A stretch of DNA of 63,918 nucleotides, the filler included, from Hyphochytrium catenoides (Eukaryota > Protista > Hyphochytriomycota): assembly GCA_900088475.1 (NCBI GenBank). It is 8 parts of 8 records of this genome, joined end to end, with 100 filler letters (N's around TTAATTAATTAA, not from the genome) between each part and the next. Parts side by side here need not be neighbours in the genome. Positions count along the whole stretch, not along the records: positions 14,315 to 38,088 come from FLMG01003619.1; 7 more parts are not named here. One strand, written 5' to 3'. Position 1 is the first letter of the stretch. The number at the start of each line of letters is the position of its first letter. This document shows positions 17,206 to 28,086 of the stretch, piece by piece. A program made the translations under genes and the position numbers. Below the pieces are notes generated by a model. That model was not told the origin of the DNA, searched no databases, and saw nothing but the letters and a program-made list of their open reading frames with translations.

Positions 17206-17384
17206 TTTCTCTGGAGTAGAGGGATACGAGAGTTTTGATTGCAGGGTCGTGATCTCCGTGAAAAACTTGGTGTTCCAGTATTTTTGACAGTATTTTGACA
17301 AAATGTCAAAATTGCTGCTCCAAATGGTGTCAAATAAGGTATATTTCACACCGCAGACTGTAATCTAATCCGATAAAAGGGAGT

Positions 17385-17696
17385 TGTTGTAGAATGTATG
17401 GGATATTCGAAGACTATCTTATTTGAGCTTCCATGTCGCCTTATAAGCTAAATTGAGTACTCTCTAGCGTGTGGGACCCTATAGGTTCTATAGGTTATAG
17501 GGTCCAGAATCTATTTGCTCCTATTCCGAATAGGAAAAGGTTGCTCTCCTATAGGCATAAGCCATAGTTAATTTTAGAGCTCCTCTTCTTCTTTCATATC
17601 TCTGCTCCTACTTGGAGTTTGGGACTGTAACTCGCACAGCTGACCTGGTACATCTTAGTCCTATGAAGTATGATCCAGATAGTCCATAGTTCAACA
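17385..17696 (-). mobile_element. Solo LTR (312 bp) of a copia family with 5-bp target-site duplication
   Basis: Minus strand begins TGTTG and ends CAACA. GGAGT lies on both sides (17380-17384 and 17697-17701). The first ~135 nt align by eye with the 3' LTR at 59922. Confidence 0.9.
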
Positions 17697-20318
17697 GGAG
17701 TCAGAGAATGCAGAAGTGAAAGGGCCTTTATGAACCGAAATCCAATTTGTAACGCGAGCGCATCACTGTAGAGCCGAGACATATCGCTTGCGGGGTGTGC
17801 GAATTGAACCCAGCTTTCAGAACAAAAACTTCTTTTGTTGTAATCTCATTTTAGCTGAGATGCATCAACCTAGCATCCTGTCCTTAGATATATGGAGCTG
17901 ACGATGGCTGTGACGTGTCACGCAACACTCAAAAAGTCGAGGAAGACGGGAAGACCGCAGGAGGGCTGATAAAGCTTCTTATTGAGACCCGAGAGAGACG
18001 GAGCGGCCGGAGGAGGGGGAGCAGAGACAACACAGACGAATTGAAAGGAAAGAGGAAACAGAAGAGAGAGAAAGAGAAAGAGAGAGTGAGAGAGTGCGAG
18101 AGATGAGGAGCCATGACTCATCACTAATCGAGTAGAAGTCTCTCCATTCTTCACTCATTCAATCACTCGCTACTAGTGAGAGTCCTACTAGAACTACTAC
18201 CCTAGCGACAGACGAAATGATGGTCAACAGACGCAAGTGAACCAAGCATCTTCCACTAATGATGCAGCCGAAGTCTGGATTACGCACTATTATCTTCTGA
18301 CTAGATACTTTCGTCCTCGCTCCTCCTCCTAGTTGTTATTGTTGTAGTGAGCGTTTGCGGGGCGTTGTGATGATAGTGATGAGGAGTAGTTCGGTCCCGT
18401 CTCCAGCCCGAGACTGATGGATCAGTTCTCGAGTCTGAAAAAAGGAAACAAACAGAATAAGTACAACACCCCAAAAAAAGTAGCAATTGTCTTCTGAGCC
18501 TCATCGACGCCATCATCGTAGCGTCGTAATAATGTTAGGACAGAGATCTAACTGGAGCCAGCAGGAGGGATGTTCCTGATGTCGCTGGATAATAATCGTA
18601 ATATGAGAGACTGCTGCAGGTCTCGAGAGAGTAGAGAGAGAGAAGGTGCTCTGTCTGTACCTTGGCTGGCCAGGCCTCAGTCCAGACAAGCACCACGCAG
18701 AGGAAGACTTCGGTCGCGGGAACACAAGCAAGTGGTAAAGGGTCTTCTACTTCAGAAAGAAGTTTATTAACTGAGATATCGAGGGTAAGAGGGAGTCTCC
18801 CTTGCGAGAGAGTCATTCTACCTGAGAAATGCAAAGAGAAATATGCAAGAGAAGTAGTGTCAACAGGCTACTCTAATAACATGCAAAGAGAAAGAGGAAG
18901 GAAAGGGAAAAGGAAGAGAGCACCCTTCGTCAGAGCCATTCGTTGCCGACTCTAGTCGGGACTACCCGTCCCGAGAGTACTCTCAAAGAGGAGAGGCCAC
19001 ATCCCATACACCGGTCGATCCGTGTCTTCTAGAGCGCAATCATGTGGTTGTCAGAAGAGGAGATATACATTTAACAATAATGCGGTAGTAGCCTTGGGCC
19101 AAGGACCTCAAGTAGACGCTAGTTCTGACACGGACTAGGCTAACTCCAACTTCCTACCAACTGCCTTTTTTTTGCTGCGTCGTTGAGGAGTGCGGCTGAC
19201 AACAATATACTTGTTGAATAATGATCATAATAAAAAAGTAATAACTGCTGGAGGCAGTTGGCACGGTTGCTACTGCTTCACTACTCTCGCAAGAAGGCTG
19301 AGGAGGAGGAGAGGGAAACAAAGGAGCACGGAGCGCCAAAGAAGAGAAAATAATAGATCTACGGAAGGATCCGAGGAGGAGGAGGAGCCGACCTTTCTCC
19401 GCCGCTTCTATTTATAAACCAACAAATCCTATATGGAAGGATCTATAGAATCTCAAACAATTGTCATCTTCTGCATCACACCTGCAGGTAGTGGTTAAGT
19501 CGCCGACCCCAGAAGACATCATGAACGAAGACGGCTGAATAGGCGAGGCAGCTGCTGACCTTACACCTGCGGCGCCATCATCATCATCATCCATCAAATC
19601 CTCTCGTCGTCTCCCGTCATTATTACAGTACTGTAACCCTCCTCCCTCTGGGAACTGAGTTACATTTAGAATTTGTATGAGCGTATTCCAGATCGATCGA
19701 GATACAAAGATTTGGCATGTGCTGTCCTTCCTTCCTTCCTCCTCCCTCCTCTGCTCCCTTCCCTCTCCTTTGCTGTCTGTTGAGTAAAGCTGCGCCTGCC
19801 GCCCCTCCTCCTCCCTTGTTGGTGGTCGTCCTCCTCTTCCGGAGTCGTAGCCTGCTGGCTCTCCCGCCTGTGAGCTCCTCGTCACTCATTCATAACCACC
19901 GTCATCTTCTCTTCTTCTACTTGGGTTCGCCCTCTCTCTCTTTTCTCTCTCTTTGTATCATCTGTGTTTCTCCCTCTCTGTGTTTCTCCCCCTCTCTTCT
20001 GTCTCTGTGTTTCTCTCACAGGTCTCTTCTCTTACTCGTCCCCACTCTCACCGTCCCTTCAACCTTCCTCCCTTCTCCGGGGGTTCTTGCTTGTCGTTGG
20101 CGTTCACTGGCCCAGCTCTCTTTCACTTAACCACTTAGCATTGGGCTCAGATCTTAAAGCATAGCGCTCTACACTGTTGCTGCGCTGCCTCACTTCCCCT
20201 CGTCTCTCTTCCCCCTGACCTTCCCTTGATTGTTTTCTCTCTGCGTTGGTCCTCCGACATCTGCCTTCGCACCGTCTCCTGCCTCCCACTGATTACCAGT
20301 TGTTGCTCGCAGTCCGGG

Positions 20319-21909
20319 ATGTTTCTTCGGCGACTCTTCCTGACGCCTTCGGGACAACTCAGCAGCCGAAGGGAAGAGCTCCTCACCGCACTCAAACCGC
20401 GAGATTTCGTCTTTGCCCCGCCTCTGAAGCCATCCAGAAGAGGAGGACGCGGACAAAGAGAGGACGCGGGCGATGACTTCCTTTGGGGCCGTGTGCTGTC
20501 ACTGGAGGACCCTGCGGCGATCCCGGTGCAGCTGTACAATTTTGCTTCCCCTGGAGGCGGCGTACAGGGCCTTAGGACGACAGGAGCTCAAGGCTTGGTT
20601 TCTCCCGACAAAATGGTTCTCCTGGACAAGACGCTGCTTGTCTTCGACCCGTCGCGGCGGCTGATGCTGTATCTAGGCGGCTCCTCCTCTTGCCTGAAGT
20701 TGGAAGCAGCCAAGCTCTGCGGCGATCCGGAGGTGCTGCGCAAGGTAGAGAGAGAGACAGATGCAGCACAGAAGGGGGGACGGGACGATCAGGGAGGCTT
20801 AGAGAGTAAGCGGCGGCGCCACGGAATGGAAGGAGGAGCGGGAACAGGGGGAAGCAGAAGCAAGCGGAGGACGAGGGCATCTCAGCGGCCTCGAAGTTCC
20901 GAGGAGGCGGACGGGTTTGCAGAGGCAATGGAGGAGTTCATCAGGAAAGAGGCAGAGGAGGAAGCGAGAAGAGAGAAGAGTGATGGATCCGTGGGCAGGA
21001 GGAGAGGTGATAGACCAGAAGAAGGAGGCGGCAAGGAGCTTTCAGGAGCGGGGACAGCTCTCGAGCCACTGGAAATTGAGATCAACGAAGTCTTTCCTGA
21101 GCCGCGATACTCCTCGCCGCGCCACCTGCCACCGGCTGCTCCTCTAGGCGAGGAATATAAGATCTCTGCTTCTTCTTCTGCTCACTTGGGCTGGCCAGCT
21201 CGCCCACCACTGCAGGGCAGGAGGATAGGTGACTCCAAAGCTCCCCGCTCGCACTCTAGTCACGAGGTAGAGAAGCTTTGGGAGGAGGGACAGAGGGACA
21301 TGCACGGAGGGGGAGCTTCGAGTGTGAACGCGCCTGAAAAGGTGCTTACAAGGCCTCGCGAGGGGCGGCGACCGCTATCATTTAGAAGATCTCTCTATCG
21401 CGGGGTCACCTTCAATGGCAAGAGATGGCTGTCACATCTAAAGTATGACGTCACCGTAGTTCCTCTGTGACAGTATTTGAGATCCACTCTTCCCTCCTTT
21501 CGTCTGGACTCCTCCGCTTTCTATTGCTTTTTGTGTGTGTTCTAAGCCTGCACGTAAGCCTCCCTGTTCCTCCTATAGTGTTCCCTTCCATCCTCGGTCT
21601 ACAGCAGCTCAGTAGCTCACTCACACCTTACTCCTGTGCCCCAGCGTCAGAGGGAAGCCAATGGCGCTCGGAATCTTCGACTCGTCGGTAGAGGCGGCGT
21701 ACGCTTACGACGAGGCGGCGCGACGCTACCTGGGGAGAAACGCTCGAACCAACTTTGGAATGGCAGTGGAACTGAATGTGTCCCGAACGAGTTTAGAGGA
21801 GATTGAACCGACGAAGGGACAGTACCTTCAGGCTCTCCTCTACGGCCAGGGAATACCGGGGAAGCCCTCTCGTGCCAGAGCGAGCCCAAACACAGTTCCT
21901 CGGTGTTAA
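20319..21909 (+). CDS. AP2/ERF DNA-binding domain protein (AP2 split by an intron; a further 3' exon to 22085 is possible)
   Basis: SLYRGVTFNGKRWLSHL | NVRGKPMALGIFDSSVEAAYAYDEAARRYLGRNARTNF, spliced across GT ~21443 to CCCAG ~21644. Start is uncertain. Confidence 0.85.
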
Positions 21910-22372
21910 ATATATGTTTGTCTTTGTTTTTATCACTGACATTGCTCCTGTTAGTCATTCCTCTCCTGTGCCCGATTCACACCTCAACCACACCGATCCT
22001 GTTCTCTTTCGTAGCTAGACTTACTTGTCCAGGCCATTGGCCTCGTCGTTACCTCTCTCTTCCATCCTCTAGTGTGCATTTATAAGATGAACCTACTGCC
22101 TGACCGTGAAAAATTCTTCTCCCCGTTAAATCGAGAATAGTAAACGGCAGAATGAAGGTGGGAAGTGAGGGGAGCAGGGTGGAAGGTCTTCCCACATGGA
22201 GATGACGAAGAATGGGCCGAATAAGCGGGAAGAAGGAAGTCCTCAACAAGCAAAGCAGCCCCACTTCGGAGCCGAGTTTACTTTATTATTTGCAGCTCAC
22301 ACCCGTTCACGAAGTGCTAGAGCCAGCTGACATGATGAAGACATGTAGGGGACAACGGTTCTCTTAATCTCT

Positions 22373-25300
22373 TTAACCCATGTGCACGGTGGCCCCCTTG
22401 CCCTCTGCTCCCATCTGCTTGAGCAGATCAACGTGTGCATGGAAGGCAGTTATAAAATCAGGGAGCACATTGTATCTAATCCCGTGCTTCTTGCAGACCT
22501 CCATGATGATCGGAGCCAGGGCAGGGTAGTGATACTGGGCACACAAGAAAGGTAGAATAGCAGTAAGAAGGCGGACAATGAGAGGGTGTCAGAGAAAGCG
22601 TTATGGCAAGTTGTGGAGCTATCGCTGTACCTGCGAGATGCCAGGGAAGAGGTGGTGAACGGTTTGATAGTTCAGCGCCCCTGCCATGAAGGTCATCAGG
22701 TAATTGCCATGCGAATAGTCCACAGAGGACTTCACCTACATAGAAAGCGAGATAGCCAGAAAGCCAAATGAGATAGGCCCAGGGAGCTGGGGAGCGGACC
22801 CTTGACAGAAGAAGCCTCAGTGAGCGGAGACAGCGGCAGCCTTAATAAGAGGTGTCGTTCAGGGACTTGGGAGGAGTCGACCTCCAAGAGCTTGGGAGGT
22901 CCGGAGGTGACGAACAGTACTGACCCTCCTAGAATCTTCCTTACCTGAGACACCGCCCACTCGTCCTCGATGGCACTTTTCTCCTTGTCGCCCAGAGGAA
23001 AGTCACAAGCAGTGGAGACGTGACTCACCTGAGAAAGATTATGTCAGAGCGTTAGAGTCAAGCGTTAGAGCTCAAGAATGAGAGATAGAACGTTAATAAA
23101 TAGGGAAGACAAGGATAGGAACGGAAGCAGGGCCCAGGGACTGCCTGGGTTGCAGGTGTTGTCCAAACCGTGGAATGGAACTTTCCCTACCTGAAAGTTG
23201 AAGGCAAGGTACCAGCCGCTCACAAACTCGGCGAGTAAGAAGAGCCCCCAGTACTGCGGACCAGGCACACGCAAAACCACGAGCGGGAATACTATCCTCC
23301 ACAGCAGCCACACAGTCTTCGGACGCGAGAGAAAAGGACAAAGAAGCAGTTGCCATATTAGGCTTCACTATTCTGCATGTGCTAAACCGAAGCTTTCCGA
23401 TGCTCTCCGCCCACATCCCTGAGTTTCTCGCTTACTCTTTGACCCGAATTGAGCTCTTACGGTCTATTTACTGCCTCCCAATGGTAAACCTCACCTTAGA
23501 TATGAAGAGCTCTGCCCACCATGATACTGGGAGGGGGTTGACCCTCTGAGGACCATTAGTCTGCCCAAAGAATGTATCGGTGAAGTCCTGGACCCGGAAC
23601 TTGAGTCCAAGAAAGCCATAGAGCGGCGGCAGATAGAGGTGCTGGTAGGCGTACATCGGCTTGAACACCTACGGCAAACAAGACGAGGGTCAAGTCATAT
23701 ACGGGAAAGGTTAGCGCAGGACCTATCAAAAACGAAGGTCCTTAAGGAAAGTGCGTTTCGAGACGCAGGTGGAAAGCGAGACAAAAGACGAGCAGATGAA
23801 TATCGCCGTGAAGATTAGACTCGGGCAATGAGGTACAGGCAACCGGAGCAGAGAAAGAAGACATGGAGACTGAAGGCACAGTAGCTAGCGCCCAACCTGG
23901 CGGTCCACCAGGCGCCTCAGGTCTCCCTCTTTAGCAGCTGGTAGGTCAGGATCAGCCAGGAATACGTTGGTGTAGACGTGATGGCCCACGACGTGCTGGT
24001 AGAGCCACGAGGTAAAGGAGCAACCCGCGAAGAAGTCAAGTGAGAAGCGGCCCACAGTCTGCCAGAGACGTGGGGAGTAGGAGGCTGCGCCATGAGAGCA
24101 GTCATGCATGATGTGCAGCAACACCAACGCCTGGCAAACACCGAATATCGTTGCCGCAGCAATCTGAAGCCAACAACGCCAAAGTTAGCGAGCGGGATAG
24201 AGTAACGCAAGGAAGTAGCTTATCGTGTCAGGTTTCTAGTCAACACTACACAAAGGGAAAGTAGAGAAGGAAGCAAAGATGTCTTTGTCCAGCGATCGGA
24301 CACTGTAGAAGCAGTTCTCGAGAAATAGAAGAGATGGAGGCATGTCCGGTTGATGGGAAAGGGTGTCATGAGAACTCACTCTTCCGCCCCATCCATCCAG
24401 TCCCAGAAGGGTAGTGAGGTTGTTCATCACTGCAAAGCAGTAAAAAGCCACCCCGAAGACAAGGGCCATCCTCCAGGCGCCAGCCCATGGCGCTTTGGGG
24501 TTAAGATTGTTCCGCTCGAAGTATTCCTTCACCTTCTCAGAGCACTCCCTGCGGTGCGATAGGTAGGTCACTAAAGAGCTGACCTCTACCCACCTCTTTC
24601 CCTTGAACCTCTTTGACTTCCGTTGATCAACAACCCTCACCTTCTGAACCATTGTTGATAGCCTTATCTTACTCGTGGTCGCACCCTCTCACTTGCAATC
24701 CTTACACTCATGGTACTCTCTCTTCCCCTCTCTGGCCTCTCTCTCTCTGTCTTCCCTTTCTTGCTCTGACTCCAGCCTGACCTGTAGAAGCCAGAGTCAG
24801 GCTTGTATGCAGGGAACTCCGTGGAGCTGAGGGCGCCGATCTCGTACTTGGCGAGAATCTTTTCGGGTCGATCGGAGAACGGATGGTAGGAGAGAAAGGC
24901 ATCAGTGCTCTCCCTCCCAGCAAAGAGAAGGAGCAAGTCTCGGCCCCCGGGGTGCTTGTCCAACCAATCTAACGAGAAGGGCGGCAGGTAAGATCAGAGC
25001 GCATACCTACCAGTGACAAGACCGGAAAGAAGATCTAACTTGACAGAATGATATGTTGGGAAAAAGATGAGAGGAAAGTGGTCGGTCCTGCGACTGGAGC
25101 AATGAAACGTAGCCATGGAAAGGGCTTTTTTGGGGACAGTAGCGCGAAGCAAGACTATGAAGAGCCTAGGCGCCACTAATGGGAGATAACGGGGAGGCAG
25201 AGCGCCTTAGCAAAAAATGGCAAACTGCAGTATATAGCAACAAGGAGAGAAAATGCGAGTTCATAAGGAGGAGGTGAGCGCGATGCGAGGGAATAGGAAG

Positions 25301-25484
25301 AGGAGGAGTTACCAGTTATGTCGTAGACCTTTCCCTTAACGGAGACCCACGCAGACTCGGGCGTATTGTGCGCCGCCACCTCCTCCCACGTGTACTTCTT
25401 AAGCTTCCCCGCGGGATCTGCAGGCTCTAGGGGAGAGGTGGCACCCAACTTTTTCCTGTTGGTCAGCCCTTCTAGGAAGCGCAT
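22373..25484 (-). CDS. Front-end fatty acid desaturase with cytochrome b5 domain, Delta-5-like, ~9 exons
   Basis: KYTWEEVAAHNTPESAW...VYDIT | DWLDKHPGG. His boxes HIMHDCSH, QHVVGHHVYTN and GALNYQTVHHLFP. Also YLAFNFQ|VSHVS. Ends HVDLLKQMG...VHMG* at 22373. Confidence 0.93.
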
Positions 25485-28086
25485 TAATTACGAGGGTTTT
25501 GTGAGTGATCTGTGTGTGGCGTATGGGGGGAGGAACGAGAGAGAGGACGAACAGGAACGAACAATCTTAAAGCAAGGCGCGACGCAGTGAGATGACAAGG
25601 AAGAACGAGCGAACGGGGAAAGAAGGTTAAGAGAAGGGAGGCAACATTAGTCAATCAGAGCCAGGAGGAATGGGTAGGTCAATGCGAGAAAGGGCGATGA
25701 CAAGGAGCCAGACGCGCAGAATGCAAAATAAGCACCCGCCCACAGACGGTGGAAGGAACAGCGCTAGGATGTGGCTCTTGACCAATAAGATTCCTACCGT
25801 GAGCGGGCGCCGCTGCATTGTCTCCGTTCGCCATGCTGTCCAGTGCAATAGGAACCGCTGACTTCGTGTCTTCTGTGCTGAAGCTGAGAAGAGTCAATGA
25901 GCGGGGCCGCGTTTGAAGCTCCGAAGGGACAGCCGTCAGGTCCCAGCCACCGTGATGTCACACTTTTCCTGTCAACACATAGATACTCTCGTCTCTCTCT
26001 TATCTTTCTCTGTCTTCCCGCTGTATATCTCTTACTCTCACAATCCCCGTCTTTCTCTCTCTCTCTGTCACTCTGTCACATACTCCTGCTTGTCTCTCTT
26101 GACCGTCTCTCCACCCCCGCAGTACTGGTAGTACAAGCGTATCTCCTTGGCGCTCTGTCTCGCAGTCCTTCCTCTCTCCGTCCCTTTGCCACATCGTCTC
26201 TCTCTCTCCTCCTTCGCCTCTCCCACCTTCCGTTCAGAGCTCCTCCTGGATTATCAAATAACACCCTCAACGTCTTTTGGACATGGTCCTAGGCGACTAT
26301 CTTAGGAGAGATGGAGTGGAACTGGTACGGCCTGACAAGAGGCAGACGGCGCGAGGCATTATCTATGCCAGAAAGTACATACTTTCCTTCTATATTCAAC
26401 TATCATGAGTCAAAATCAGGGCAGCCAAAGACCAGAGCAAAATCGATCTTTTGTTGAGATCTTTTCCCTCTGTTTTCTCTGCCTTCTCTATCTCGCCTGG
26501 TAGTTCTACTGCTGCTTACAATAGAGCTCCTCCTCCCAGAGCTTGCTTCCTCCTCCTGCTTCATCACTCTATTGTTGAAGCGCTTTATTATTAGGAGCTA
26601 AGGTAGTAACGACCGAACTGTAGCGCGGAGACGACAAGACATGGCTGGTTAGCGTCGTTTTCGCTGCTTGGCCGCTGCTATTTCTTCATCTACAATGAGC
26701 AAGGAAGCCTAATGGACAAAGAAGAGAGGAAATGGCAACACTACTTATTGACGAACAAAGAACATTGGAGACATTTGACAGGCAAACAGGTCTTTAAATA
26801 AGCTACATTGCTTCTTAGCGCTATCGCTCATTATCCAAGGAAGGCACTCAACGATGATAGTAGAGAAGCTCCGGCCTCCAGACGTATCCTATAGAAGAAC
26901 AGTTGTTTTAAACCTCAATGATCAGCTTGACGTATGGCTGGTTTTGTCCTCATATTGTGTGTGTGGGCACCGAGAATGAGAGCAATCTGTACCTACGAGA
27001 GCTGAGAGCAGTAGCTCACTATGTAGAGCCCTGCTGTGAGCCTATTATTGTACAGAATGGCGGTCCTTAGTTACCACTATCATCAGATGGAGGCCGGTTG
27101 GTGGAGTGGTCAACTAAAGCTCACTCTCCAGCTGGTGGAGTTAATTTTGGCTGCCTCTTAGGCATATCTTGAGCTATTTGGACCTAACAATTACACCAGT
27201 GAAGCGAACTCTAAAATGTTGGCACCAAAAACCAAAAGCGGACAATGACTAACTCATGACGGCTGCCATTGAGCGGCAATGACAAGAAATACGAGGTGCC
27301 TCATCATGGAATGGGACAAGTCTAAGATCTTATACGCAAAGGGGACTAATAAGCGGCTGCTTCTTCTCTCTGTCTGTCTGTCAATAAGAAGCACGGAGCC
27401 CAGACCTGCGTGGACGGCGGCGGCGGCAGGGAAGAAGAACCTGCGGCTGGTGGGCGGCGCTGGCGCTGGCGAACTGTGAGTTCTACGACAATCGGTTTAT
27501 GAGAAATGAACCACCATGGGGGCGCTTTAAGCTGAGGAAACATTCGGCATTGCAGTGACTTTATTAAGGTTGCTCAAGCTAAACATTAAATGGACAAACT
27601 ATATACTTTTCCATTTCTTCAGAAGCGCTTGCTTCAAGACTTAAAGCCCCCAAATGAGCTCCTTAGCATCTTACTATGTGCGTCAGGGCCCATGATAATA
27701 CTGAGTTGAAGCTGGAGTATTACTACGGACCGATGGTCACGGCTGGGGCATGGCCGAAGATTGTTTGGAGCCCATTCTGAAGCTTTTTGTTCCTACATTT
27801 TAGAGCTCTGGAGGGCGCCAGAGATCTCTGAACATCGAGCAGATAGCAGCAGAGCATCTGAGCGACGAGGAGAGTGAGAAAACCCATTAGTCGAAGGCAG
27901 AATCTACGCGAAACTGGATACTGATTGGAGAGCTTGCGTTGAGTCACTAGTAAACTGACTTGGAAAGAGCTCGACGTGGAGTGAAACCTTATATAAGGTA
28001 CAGCCTGTTCGATAGACCACTGCACACTTCAGTCTTCTTGAAGTTAAAGAATCCTCGGCCTAATCTGTAGCTACAGGAACATCATC

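Noticed and set aside
17490-17508. ataggttatagggtccag as a copia-type PBS (GGTTATGGGCCCAG-like)
   Set aside because: Wrong strand relative to gag, mismatched, and inside the LTR as one arm of a hairpin.
17385-17696. Reading this LTR as the 5' LTR of the gag at 16981-17205
   Set aside because: It has its own 5-bp duplication on both sides, so it is an independent solo LTR.
17795-17815. GGGTTCAATTCG on the minus strand as a tRNA T-loop/B-box
   Set aside because: The flanks do not form a T-stem and no cloverleaf is evident. No tRNA, rRNA or snRNA gene was recognised in the window.
17915-20130. Short ORFs between the LTR and the AP2 gene
   Set aside because: Low-complexity, overlapping on both strands, with no consistent splice model or domain.
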